The notes under the pieces are model-generated. The model made no database searches, was not told the origin of the DNA, and saw nothing but the letters and a program-made list of their open reading frames with translations. Source: Phoronis australis (taxonomy: Eukaryota; Animalia; Phoronida). Taken from it: DNA of 64,000 nt. A program made the translations under genes and the position numbers. The stretch lies in the NCBI GenBank assembly GCA_002633005.1, contig NMRA01000356.1, positions 319,961 to 383,960 of the forward strand, read 5' to 3'. Numbering within the stretch: the first letter of the stretch is position 1; the number at the start of each line of letters is the position of its first letter. This document shows, piece after piece, positions 1-12,392 of the stretch.

Positions 1-108
1 CAACTCCTCACAGCTTGGACATGGACTTTCAAACACGTATACGTGAATTTTGTAATATTCCAGTTGAGATTGAATTTTCCGTAGTGGAGAACATTGGAAA
101 TTACTTAC

Positions 109-3083
109 AATTGATGAATCAACATGTGCCACGAGATCTGTTTGAAGATCACCTTCATCATTTGTGAAGTATGCCAATGAACCTTCATCTTTTAACCTGG
201 AATAAAAGATAGAAAATCTGTTTATTAACATGAAGTTGGCAGCAATTACAGTACAGACATTCTAATACATTACATGTAACTTTAGAAGCATAAAAACTAT
301 TTTTGACAATGCAAATTTTTTGACTGGAATTGTGACATCAATTCTGTAAATTAAAGAGAACTGTATTTCAAACACTTTATTAGGATTAAAACCTCCCCAT
401 TAAGAAACAAAAATAATAATATCAGGAATCCATAACTGTACTAAAGAGGTGCAAATATATTGACACGAAGAAGATTTCATAACCAAATTCAGAAAATTTT
501 AATACAGGAAAACTAGCACAAGCCAGATGTGTATGCTAAACACAATATGGTTGTTCCACTTCATGCACACAGATGTTCAGAGATTTGGATTTTGCATTAC
601 TCAGATAAAATATGTTTGTCTGGCTGGATCTGGCTACATATTCGGATGTGAATACTGCTAGAATATTTACTCAGACAAGCAAAAATCTTACAGGGAAAAA
701 TTTTGCATTGGGAGAGGAAATTACTAGAATCCACAGCTGTACCAAGAATAATAATGGTATAATTTGTTTGTTTACACAGTAAAAGTTTCGATTATTTCTG
801 TCATCTAAAACCAGACTGCTGCTGATGCATGCCTCATACTACACTAATTCTTTTTACACAAGTAGTCTGTGGATGTTTCTGGTTCTTTTATAAATTAATT
901 ATTAACTTCATCCGCATAAGTAGTGTCAATGCCTGCTAATAGGGGGTGTCAAAACTTCTTGGAATAATCAGATGCTTGAGGACTGACTCAACAGTTTTTT
1001 TGAATTAATCGGTTGAAAAAATTCCCAAAATATTTCAAGAACTTTGTAACACACCAATCAGAATAAATGAGAAAACAGCTACAGTTACATATAAATTCTG
1101 GATCAGTTATCTCACGGCAAAAGACTAAATACACAAAAAAACATGAAGCTTTGAAACACCCAGTTGGGATAACAAAATAGAGAAAAATGAGTCAAATACT
1201 GGAATTTGCTTACTCAAGAGTTAGCGACGTTGCGTTTGTCTCTCACAGGCTCCAGCTTGGCTAGTGATGGATTAAGGTTCCATCCATCACACATATAGGA
1301 TAGTGTCCTGACCTCAATGCCGCATCGTTTGAGTAAAACACCATGCAATGTTGCTAACTCAAGTAAGCAAATTCCAGTATTTGACTCAATTTTTCTGTAT
1401 TTTGACTTAATGCACAGTTTATCAGTAACTAAACAACAGGTGAAGCAGTAAAGTGTACCTGACACAGGCGTCTATAAATGAGTTGCTAGAGTCTATTCCA
1501 GTCACGTTGTCAAAGTCTTTACATAACTCAAAGCTTGATCTGCCAACTGAACAGCCAACATCCAGGGCTTTATTAGGTAAGCCATCCTGAAAACACATTA
1601 AGTGCTTTACACAGCTGTTTCCATATCAGTACAAAAGTCTTCGAATTGAATATGGTCACAAGAAAAAATTACATAATAAAGTCAAATTACCAAGGTGGAA
1701 AACATCAATATGGTGATGTACATCATTCATGCTTTATGGCAAATTCCTTTCTTGAAGGTAATTGTAAGACATTTGTCAACCAGCTTTTGTCATTTAAGTG
1801 ATTTTGAATCCATTACAAACAACATTAGAAACCTAGTTCATTCTCGTCAGGGCAATGACTTCAATAATGACTCTTTGAAGTGTGGTAGATAACAACCTGG
1901 ACAAAAGACAGCTAAGAATGCTTTACAGTAAGACGAGATTGTCTTCTGCATTTACTTTGATCTAGAATACTGATTCATCAAACTACTATGTTCACTATTC
2001 ATAACAAAAGCAAATTTAATTAGAAACAGACCATAATGGTCATTTTAGCAATGTCCAACAAATAAGTATGCACTCGTGTGCTGTTCAAAAATAAACAAGC
2101 ATTAATCAGCACTGTCTGAAGTTTAGAGTGAAAACATCTACTAAAGGACAAAATACCTTTGGAGTAAAATGTTTTTTGCATAACTCAGCACATCTTTTTG
2201 GGAAATCTAGTGCCTCCCTGGGGCCAAACTGCCAGGGCAAGACCTCCTCCGGGGAGCCATAGTGGAAGAGCAAGTACTCATGCAGTACATTTTGTGTTTC
2301 ATATTTATTCACATGCTCTTCATGTCTCCTCCTAAACCACTGGTAGGTGGCGTATGTTGCCCAGCCTGAAACAAAGTAAAATCTGCTCAGACATCTGCAG
2401 TGTTCTTATCCGAGTTATTAAAAAGTTGCCAGAATCTGTGGGTCAAGGACACAGTATACATTCATAACGTAAACTGGCTATAAACCACCCCTCTAATTAA
2501 TTAAGAAGACTAACTGGTAGAAATCTAATCTGTTAAAACTGAAACATGTTTTTACTTAAATTAGAGATGGTTCTGGGCTTGGGAAGAACTTGGACATCAT
2601 GCCGAATAATTCATAACTTGTTTGTTAGATGAAGAATGGTAACTGGGCAAGCAAATAATTGATAGTGCTTCCCACAGCAGGTTATGTTTCATGCGCCCCA
2701 CTTAAGTACAACAAAACTGCGAACGTCCAATGCAATTTATCCATTCATGTATTGACTGGAATCTTTTTTTACACAAACTAGTACTCGCATGCACATCTGT
2801 ACGTTAATATGCATGCTTTAGTGCTCTTATGAAAGCTCAGTAATGCTTTGTTAGGTAGAGGCAAGTAAATTAGTAAAGGGTCTGCGGTATCTAAGATCTG
2901 AACTGCGGCAACTACGCAGTTGACTTCTCCTGTCCAAGTCGATCTGAGACCAGAGCTCTAATTGCAGGAAAACCAATAGATCTAAGCCAAAACTGTGAAC
3001 GTACCCGTAGTTACAACTAGCGCAGTTTTTGCAATTAACTTATGATCGATACCGAACCACTTGTGAGACCAGTGATGAGGCAT
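109..3083 (-). CDS. Standalone SAM-dependent methyltransferase of the OvoA C-terminal / putative 4-mercaptohistidine N1-methyltransferase type, with hydrophobic N-terminal segment (3' end outside window)
   Basis: Four GT-AG exons with matching phases: 3083-3005, 2365-2157, 1586-1459, 196-109. Spliced product MPHHWSHKWFGIDHKLIAKTALVVTTGWATYATYQWFRRRHEEHVNKYETQNVLHEYLLFHYGSPEEVLPWQFGPREALDFPKRCAELCKKHFTPKDGLPNKALDVGCSVGRSSFELCKDFDNVTGIDSSNSFIDACVRLKDEGSLAYFTNDEGDLQTDLVAHVDSSI. The motifs NxYET..YLxFHYG, ALDxGCSVGRxSFEL (SAM motif I), GIDxSxxFI and EGxL match my recollection of the OvoA methyltransferase domain. Confidence 0.88.
1181..1398. mobile_element. Foldback / MITE-like inverted repeat in a methyltransferase intron
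   Basis: Left arm GAAAAATGAGTCAAATACTGGAATTTGCTTACT...GAGTTAGCGACGTTGC is the near reverse complement of right arm GCAATGTTGCTAACTC.AAGTAAGCAAATTCCAGTATTTGACTCAATTTTTC. Exact ends and TSD were not resolved. Confidence 0.6.
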
Positions 3084-4543
3084 GTTATTGTAAATCACAA
3101 TACCCAAACCAAGGTAAAGTCTGTCTTGTAACAAAATTGACAGTTTTATAGTTTTCAATTCATGAAGAGCAGATTGAAGGTTAGTTTGGAAACTAGCCAC
3201 CAGGAGCGAGCTCGTGTCCGCTAGGATGTAGGGGACACGCAGGTATATCATCCAGTAGCACGAATTTTATCACTGGTTGATGTAACCTTGGCAGTCATTG
3301 CTTAGCTTTACAGCAAAGAAAGAAATTGTCGGAGTGTAAACGATTTTCAGCCTTTGGAAGTGGCGTGATAGCAAATATTGCGTTTCTGCATTAATATTAA
3401 ATAGGCCTAGCCACGTGCTTGCACACACCTGGCCACTAACCGGTGTGAATACAGGACAGCAACGTAAACAGACTGCAGCTCGACTGAATCTACTGATCAT
3501 CAAGTGTGAACTTAGACTAGACAGGCATCAGCATGCGCACACCCAGCCTTTAATATGGAGGGCTCGAATTCCTGACGATGTGGACCTTTTGGTAACAAAA
3601 AAGCGTGCGGACTAAAGAAAAAAAAGGGGGCACCACCGTGAATTGTGCGTTTGTGCTTGCTTAGTGGACTTTTGTCTCATTTTCTCGGGTGCGCATGGCA
3701 TCAGCTAAGTTATAACATACTTGAGCATAGCCTGAGTTATATTAAATTCGCCGCACAAAAGTAGAACGCAATATGCCCAAAGTACTATCGAATAGGCCCT
3801 GGGCACATATGTCTTAGGCGGTTGTCCTGTCGGAGCTCTGACCAAACGGTATCGCCGTTTTCCCATTGTTCACCAGACTTTTTAGAGCCTGAATGGCACC
3901 GATTCAATTGGCTCATCAACTTAGCTGAAAAGAAGAATCTTCGCATCCAACCCGCCATGTCAACTTTCCACGGTCACAGCACAAGTTGGCCATTAGGACC
4001 ACATCACTTCAAATGCTGATTACGCTTTTGTAATTGCAATGAAATCAATTGCATGCCCTGAAAATACTCCTTGAAATTTCTTAATCTTTTAAATTTTAAT
4101 AGTCCTCAACAATGAAGCTGAAATTGCTCAGTATTTTTCGAAAATAAGGCCAGCATAACTACGATTCTTTTAAAAACAAAACTACAGGAGCACGAGATTG
4201 TATAAGTGAGACTACAATTGTTAAAATATATCATGACCTAAATGCGTACACTGAACTAAAATGCAATTAGCCTTAGGGAATAAAAGACGACGAAAACTTC
4301 AGAGCACTGACTGGAAACAACGTATTTCTTTCCAGAACTAGAAATACTTCACGCTCGATTGTTTTAAACATTCCATTTCCCTTTTAAAAAATCCTAACGA
4401 TCGAAGATTCAGTGGTTTTAAATAGTGAAATTGGTCTAGCGTAAAATGGTTTTGCGGGAATGTTTATTCGTCTCACGTGTCTGTGAAATAATGTTAGATT
4501 GCTGTATGACTATAAACAAGGCTGATTATGTTGATTCACAAAA

Positions 4544-5834
4544 ATGTGGGTAATTTTAAAGATAAATGTTTTTCTGTCTTTGCTTTCGCCGTGTGTTCTC
4601 TCCTCTCCAAACATTACTGGTAAGTATTTACATCGCACAGCTATCACTTGCCTTCGGCGTGTAGCCTACCGTTATTCGTCTATATTTTGACGGAGTGTGT
4701 GGCTATTAGAACTCACACCCTTTTGGAAAGACGGTGGACGAGAATCCACCCTTTTAGAGAACCGATCAGATAAAAATCCTTCCTTGGGATCTTTTACGAA
4801 AAAGTCACCGCAGCCTTTTGTCCGTCAAGCCCCGAAGCATAAAACCTTCACAGAGTATTGTTGCAGAACTGGATCCTCACATAGACGGAGTTTTTGGTTT
4901 ACAAAGAAGTTTTGCAGGAATGAAAAAAGTGCCTTCGTACTCCGGCCAAGATACCTCCATCCATATAATTGGCAAAATGTCATCTGTGTAATCATTCCTG
5001 GGATTTTCTCTCCGCATTGGAGGATTAAGAGGTCCTTGGGAACCAAAAATACCGTCGACATGTCGTTAGGACTTATGTGGACATACATTCCTGAAAGTTT
5101 GTGTCCCCTTGAGACAACCTAGATTCTGCAGTTTGTAAACACATCCACACACACGCACATACACACACACATTCGCGGGACTTTATTTTAGCCCCTGTGA
5201 CTGCCTTGGTCTAGGCAACATTTAGTCCCCATGTGGCCAGGATCGTTAGGTAGGCCTACTCCCAAAAAACATCAACTGTATATCCGTTGTTCTACACATC
5301 ATGGTAACATTGTGCCCCTGACACAGGAACTTGCAGTGCATGAAAGAACTGTACAGTCACGTTTATCCTAGAAAACGTTGTTGACAAAATGCCCTTCATG
5401 AGAAAAGAAATGGGTTTGTGAGAAAAGAAACTGCGCAGTGTGCGTCAGTGAGAAATACATCTTGAAAATTAAATGTTTACACGTCAGAAGAAAAAGCCCT
5501 TCTGGTCAATGAGAGGTAATGTCATGACTGCGTTAAGATGAGACCTGACTAGTGACAACTGCAAGCTTGACGCTGTTTTGTTTATGTTCAATATTTTTCA
5601 GAACCGTCGACAAATCAAGGGCCAAAGTTCAATATTGCTTTGAACATTTCTATACCGCTGGGCTTTGTTTTGATTATCTTGGGGTTGCTGATATACTTGC
5701 ACTGTTTCGCAAAGAGGAATGTCGACTATTCGCACCGAAGGCGCGAAGTTCACGAATCTGTAGGCTCACAACCCCAAAATCAGCAACAGCGCCTCTTGGT
5801 ACCGTCCGTGAAAGATGCAGTGGACCGGAATTAG
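4544..5834 (+). CDS. Small (102 aa) predicted type I single-pass membrane protein, no recognised family
   Basis: Exon 1 4544-4619 (aaaATG start, G|gtaagt donor, phase 1) joins exon 2 5602-5834 (tttttcag| acceptor, phase 1, TAG stop). Product MWVILKINVFLSLLSPCVLSSPNITEPSTNQGPKFNIALNISIPLGFVLIILGLLIYLHCFAKRNVDYSHRRREVHESVGSQPQNQQQRLLVPSVKDAVDRN: signal-peptide-like start, NIT sequon, hydrophobic helix, basic flank. Confidence 0.65.
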
Positions 5835-7314
5835 AACTAAAGGTTGATGAGTGCTCTATTAACAAAACAGACTTGATGAATTGTATAGTGGGAATTTAAT
5901 GTGCCACTTAAACTCAAATAGATAAGTCTTCAGTAATATGCTTTTAAGTTGGATTGTGAAAGTTTCCATATTCGAATTGCTTTAGGATTTGAATGGGCGA
6001 GACGACGTACGGCTTTGAAAAAACGAACGCATCTGAGGTCCATTTTGTGCCTTGTAGGCTACTGATCTAAAGCTGTATTTCACCCAGTCTAGCTGGATGA
6101 AAAACCAAAATGAAACCAGGCCTTTTACTCTCATGAAATCGGCCTCATGCTGTCTTGTCATACTACTCCGTGGTGTAATAGGCTTCTACTTCCATTACTA
6201 ACTCAAGTCACCAGCAATACCGACATGCGCCATCTTTAAATTTCCAGTTTTAGGGTTGGCCATCCCACCTAAACTCTTCTTAAAGCTTTTTCTTAATTCT
6301 CTCATGGTTTCCATGTTCTTGTTAGTAACGGAAATAGAATTCAATTGTAGTAAGGATTATTATGATACCAATTTTATAAGAGGAAATGGCTCAGTGCGGA
6401 TTTTCGTCTTTTAGCGAGCTAAATAGGACGAAATGTAGCTTCAGATACCTTCCGTAAACGGGGCAACAGCAAAACATGCAGAAAAAAACTGCGCTACACG
6501 CGCAGAGTAATGAGCCTCAACAGTGTCTTTCTTGATTACGTCACTCACCCACTCAAATGAAGGTATATCCTGGCTAGTTAGTTTCTACGACAACTCGATC
6601 AGTTTTATTACCCTCCTGTTAACCATTCTACGACTGATGCCTTAATTGTGAATTATGGGAAGTGTTGCTTTTGTTGTACATATTTCCCGTAATTATAAAT
6701 CGACGGAAGAGGAACACTAAGAAAGGCTACGTAAATAACCATATGATGCCTTTAAGCTCAATTGCGCAGACTAAAAGAGTCTGAAGGGCGGATGGGTGGC
6801 TGAACGCGTGGATGGGCGAACGAACAGTTGATAACACAAGCTTATGCAGGTGGCATGGATGAACGTGCTTCACCACAATTAAACTAGATAACGTTTCATA
6901 CACTCTGAGAGAGCTCTTGAAATCAATATGGGTGTAGCCGATCCTTGTTGTTTAATCACAACCGAAGATAAACACTAAACATACCATGAATGACCTTTTT
7001 CACGCTGAATAATGTCAAGCAAATGTCAAGATGTGTTATCTATTAGTTCTTCTCATTTTTATTAAAGATAGCAAAATGCAAATAAACGTGATGCATGCAT
7101 TCTAAAGTATATGACCCTGTTTATTCCCGTGTATTCGAAATAGCATGTTTTTCAAAAACTTATTTTGTCTCAGGATTTTTGCACATAGGGTGGTCATTCC
7201 TTCCATTTCACTGTGCGTTCGTCTTATATTGTCCTGTGGTTTTGTCGGTTTGAAGCGAATATAAGCTAGCTTTCCATAAAAACAAATATGATTTCACGGC
7301 TTGGGGACACAAGC

Positions 7315-9190
7315 ACGCATTTCAACTAATTATACAACTATTCTGGTACAAAACGCACATTACGTCAGAAACAGGCTACCAAATACGCATTTCAACTAAA
7401 TCAACTATTACTACCTGCGTTAATTCACTAAATAACGGGTAGATAAAGTTAGGTAGATCAAATTAGAGCAGGCATTTGAAATACTAGTCCTTTTGCGAGT
7501 TTATAACAATAACGCGAGATTACGTGAGACTTAACTGTGACGTCACGGGAAGTGGGGCAAAAGCTTGTCGTTTGGCTCATTTGCCCAATACGTTAGCAGA
7601 GTGTATTCTGTTATTTTATTCCACTTTTTGGCCGTTTAGTTCGAAAAATGCCAAACAAGCATTAATTGCTGTTATGGCAAATGAAATTCAGATTCGCACT
7701 ACAATACGTTGTATCGCGTTTTGTACTAATTTCGTTTCGTGTATTTTAAACGGGAGATAGGCGAAATACACTCACTGATTAAGTTTTCACCACGTCAAAA
7801 ATACATTCTACATCTAAAATTATCACCTAAAAAGGCGTTTACTTTCTCCAGTGGTCGTTTCTGCTTCTAAACATATCTTCGATGAAGCAGACCTACGGGA
7901 ATTCAGGTGACTTTGGCGAAGAATTCCAACTCCACATTGTGGTTACTGTTAACTTAAACCGCGCGCGCGATAACCATAAAGTAGTTCAACTGGTCAGGTG
8001 AGTATGAGGCAAAGGCTAGCGCGAGACTGAGTGAAGCGCAATAACCTGGCGCGTGACACTTGCAAAATAACATGAGAACATATCAAGTGAATTTGTACGA
8101 TTTGTGTTCCTTGGTCTTATTGTTCGTGATTTCACGTAACTTCCTCAAAATGGCGCCCTGTGATAGAAACTTGAGCGAACCGCGAGGTTTTCATGGATAG
8201 GTTCAAGTTATATGAGTCAGGGTATGTGTTAATTAATTATAACTCCATGTGCGCTTATGCATGTTTCATTTGATTTTATTTGCTGAATTTGAAGTGAGTA
8301 ACTTTTTATGGGGATAAACTATCGCGCCTGTATGCCTTCGGCACTCAGGCCTATACGGGGTTGAGTTCCAAATTTAGTCCGTTCACAGCTTCACACAACA
8401 TAACAAGTTCACATTTTCTTCGTCCATTCACAGTTATTCCACGATCCATCTACCATCTTTAACATGTAAGTTGTGTTAACGTTTTAAGCGTAAAATTCAC
8501 CATAAAATCTCCAGTAAAATTTAGCGTGTGTAGCAAAGACTCCGGACCAAACAAGAGCAATATGGCCGGCTTTGCCCCTTTTCCGGTGACGTCATGAACA
8601 CGGTCACAATTTTAAGATACACCAAACACACATTTCCCACTAATCGCTGCGCCATCTTTGGGCTGGTACATAACGTACATGACGTCAGCAACAGGCTCAC
8701 AACTTGAGAGACTAAATACGCATTTCAACTAATTGAACTATTCCTATTAATCGCTGGAATTCACTAAATAACGTGTAGATGATGTTAGGTACATCAAGTA
8801 GAACACGATTTCAACTAATTCAACTATTCCTACTAATCGCTGCGCCACCTGCAGGCAAGTCAGTGCCACTCTCAGGTCTTTCTTTCTCACAATGCTAGTA
8901 TTACTTCAGATGGCGCTGCAATTGGTAGAAGTAGTTGAATTAGTTGAATAGATCAGAGCTGGATATGTTGAGATAATCTGGGATTAATTGTATTCAACTA
9001 AAATCAACTAATTCCACTACTCTTACTAATCGTTGCGCCCCTGCGGACAGTTGGATAACGTATATCATGTCATCAACAGGCTCACAATTTTAGTGACACC
9101 AATCAAGCATTTCAACTAATTCAACTATTCCCACTAGTCCGTGCGCTACCTGCGGGGGCAGGCTGATAATGAGCATGACGTCAACAACAG
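7315..9190. repeat. Cluster of degenerate repeats in both orientations (CATTTCAACTAATTCAACTATTCC..CTAATCGCTGCGCCA / ATGACGTCAGCAACAGGCTCACAA)
   Basis: The motifs recur near 7315, 7385, 8635, 8720, 8805, 8990 and 9105, with an inverted copy near 8905-8950. An inverted pair TGACGTCACGGGAAGTGGGGCAAA (~7539) / TTTGCCCCTTTTCCGGTGACGTCA (~8570) brackets the middle. Confidence 0.6.
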
Positions 9191-12100
9191 GATCGCATGG
9201 TGATGGCAGGAAAAGTTGGGATTTGTTGGGTACAACTAAACATTCTGACATGTATGAAAATTTCAGGTCACGGTATGAATTCCTTGTTCCTGAGCCCAGG
9301 GATCACTGACTAAGGAACAAAGAAGACTTATTTAACACAACAGTTAATGCCCTAAGAAAAGAACGGTTAATGCTGTTTTAACTGATCTTTTAGTATCGAA
9401 AACTTGTTATCCCGTAAACATCTGTTGGTGGAAATTGTCATCCCATTCTGAGTTGCAAAGTTTATATTCGTTTTGCGCCAATGGAAAGGAAAGAGTCTAA
9501 ATAATCTTAAAAAAGAAAGTAATTTTAGGTTGCCCACAGTCGTGATCGCTGACTTTACCCAGTGGCCGAGTAAATCGATAAAATAAACTTGTTTTATTCG
9601 AACTATTCTTCCTGGAATCCGAAGGTACATCAGACCCGTGGCTACAGTTTGACAGGCATGAGCTAATCCCTACGTCAACCAACTAAGCATTAGTCAAAAT
9701 ATTACAAGCCTTTCAAAAATAGTTTTAAGTGCCCTTAAAATCAATCGGTAGAAAACTAGCATGAATGTCAAGCTATTTCTGTATAGCGAGCTCATCGCCG
9801 TCTGTCCAGCATGCAAGACCCGAGAAACCTCAACTTAAATAGAAATGTTGAACTCATCTCGTACGGCAGTTTAGCGCTCGAATTTGTTCCCAAGTGCTTC
9901 TTGTAGGAAAGCTATTCCCTCAATGTTCTTCGACTCTACGCCTCTTCTTCTCACCAACACTTAGGAGACCAGCCTTTAGCTTTTTACGCTGTTTGTTTTT
10001 TCAACACGACCAGCTGATAAGGTTGCAGCCTCAATTTTAGTTACTTTGCAGGAATCTAACTCAAACAATCGTCGATTTCTAATAAAAATCACGAAAACAC
10101 AACGGATTTTCCTATTTTGAAGCTGTGGTCAAGAAGTCTATACTGCCCAAAATAAAACCAAGCGCGTTTTTTTTTTTTACTCTACACTAACTGTGTCCCT
10201 TTATTCCAACCCCATTCACATTTTTCGGTCAAATGAAACCTCACTTGAGATGTCTGAAAGTGGCAAGCAAAACTTGAAATAAAGGACACATCAAGCTAAA
10301 TACATCATATTTTCCTATAGATGTTAAAAACACCACTGCGGTCAAAGAAATAACTCTTGGACATTTACCAGTATGAAACGTGCCCCAATTCGTTTGTTAC
10401 ACTGATGGACTGGCGCATCTTTTGAAATCATGTTCTGTGCATAAAATGACAAGCGAAGAGAGACGGTTTAAAAATGTGTTAATTAGCTTAGAATCAACAC
10501 ATACAAATTATCTCAGTAATTAGCAGTTGTGTGTTTATTCTTAGATTTTCTACTTTTCCAACAGTGAGTTTTAATTACGTTTCAAAGATAGTTGTGTGCA
10601 TAAGACCAGCTTTCTGACTTTTAAAGTGTTTAAGCGGCTCTAACGCCGTTTGATTTAGACCAGTTATCCTCATTGGTTTCAAATTCTTAGTAAAGTTGGA
10701 GATGATTTCAGGGTTTCGGTAGAACTAGCAATTCGTTATTGGTTGAGATCAAGCTCTACAAGTTGCCTTGTCACGACTTGTCACCATATTGATGTCTATT
10801 CAGAATATGGTTTCGATTTAGGAAACTTGAATGTTTTTTTCAAAACTTTTGGAAATGGTAATAAGTCTGTAATTGGCAATGAGTTAAAACCATGGTGTTC
10901 AAAAACAGTCACTACCTTTGAAATCTTCATAGCATCTGGAAAAATACCGGCATTTAAATACGATGATCGTTTGAGGATGGATTATAAACAGACCGCAAGC
11001 TGTGCTTTGCTTAGTGGTCGCGTCTCTTACAATATCTTGTGTATATTTATATTCATTTTTCAAGAAGAACTTGCAGCTTTAAAATATAAGAGTCCGAAGT
11101 TTTTGTTGTGATGGATCGACGTGGGTAGAGTAGTTGGATAAATTAACCATTTCAGTTACGTCATTGTAGTCCAGTCATTCTAGGGCTCCAGAGGGCCCAA
11201 CCTAGAAAAAATTGCAACAGAAGTTTTTTTTTTGCATAAATGGCATCTTCAAACATCCCTTAGTGTCAGAAAAAAATCTACCGAAGTCGGAGTGGCGGAA
11301 GTCGGTTTTTCAAGATGGCGGAAAAAATGGCCGACAAAACCGGTGTTTACTGTTTTCTGGCATATTACTCTTATGTAACAGCTAAAAATAAAACAATAAA
11401 GTTTGTCATTGATTATATACTTTTCATAACAGGCATACCAATCAAAAGATGCCAATTTTCCGTAAAATAAACCCAATATGGCCGACAAAATGGCGGCCGA
11501 AACGGCAATTTGGCACATGTTGCAAGATTTCTTTTTATATTTTGCAATGAAAATGGCAAAAGTTTTATTCTTTTGTAAGTTAGACAATTGAAAATGTCTG
11601 GACCTTACAATTGGTCACTGGTTTGCGAGAAAAAAATCAAGATGGCTGACACAATGGCCGCCAAAATGGCTGCCAATTCACAAACACTTACGTTCTGCAA
11701 ACTTTGTTTGTAACCTGATACGCATTTACACAAAAAACATTTTACAATCTACAGTCAGGGTTAATGAGTTGATTGTTTCTATAATTTGTTTTTAAGATTT
11801 ATATACTAAATGTGGAATTTTAATCACATTTTAGATTATATAACATAAAAGTCGGTGTGCTTTTCAGAAAAGGCTTTAGTTAAATTTTCATAATAAATTT
11901 TACAAATTCATATATTTTTCTGTAAAATATATTCATTTGAGGTATCAAAAATAATATTTTTTAGAACAATGTGTTATTCTGGTGGAGTTATTAGCTTATT
12001 CATTATACAAACCCTTAATAGAATTGGGCAGGAAGTGGCTTTTTTCTCTGTTATTGGAGATATTATTAGTTGTTCCCAAGCATCGATTTCGTCTGCTGCT

Positions 12101-12392
12101 GGCATGTTTTTAGAATTTGGCTGCTGATTTCACCTGAATTTGATGAAAAGCAAATAGGATTGTGTAAAAAAAGTTATTAATTAAATTTTAATAGTTAGGA
12201 CCCACAATTTGTTTAATATGCATGCTTTTTATGAACGTAGGTAACTGATTTTGGAGGAAATTAGTGCCTGCAAACAAAACGACAGTGATCTGCAGTCACT
12301 TATTCTTAGCCAGGCTTGGAAGATTTCATACTGAGATGAGCTTTCTGGAATGTATTGGATACGTAATGTTAAGCACAGGGCTTCAAGGAGTT

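Noticed and set aside
109-3083. Calling the gene ovoA
   Set aside because: No sulfoxide synthase exons were found upstream, and the reading frame appears to start at its own Met with an anchor-like segment.
4697-5122. 141-aa plus-strand ORF and its antisense ORF
   Set aside because: Non-ATG start, no motifs, and it lies in the predicted intron of the microprotein gene next to a CA-repeat-bearing repeat.
7851-7997. Candidate exon with an AG acceptor, an open frame and a GTGAGT donor
   Set aside because: It lies inside an inverted-repeat-bounded repeat, has no recognisable protein motif and no partner exons were found.
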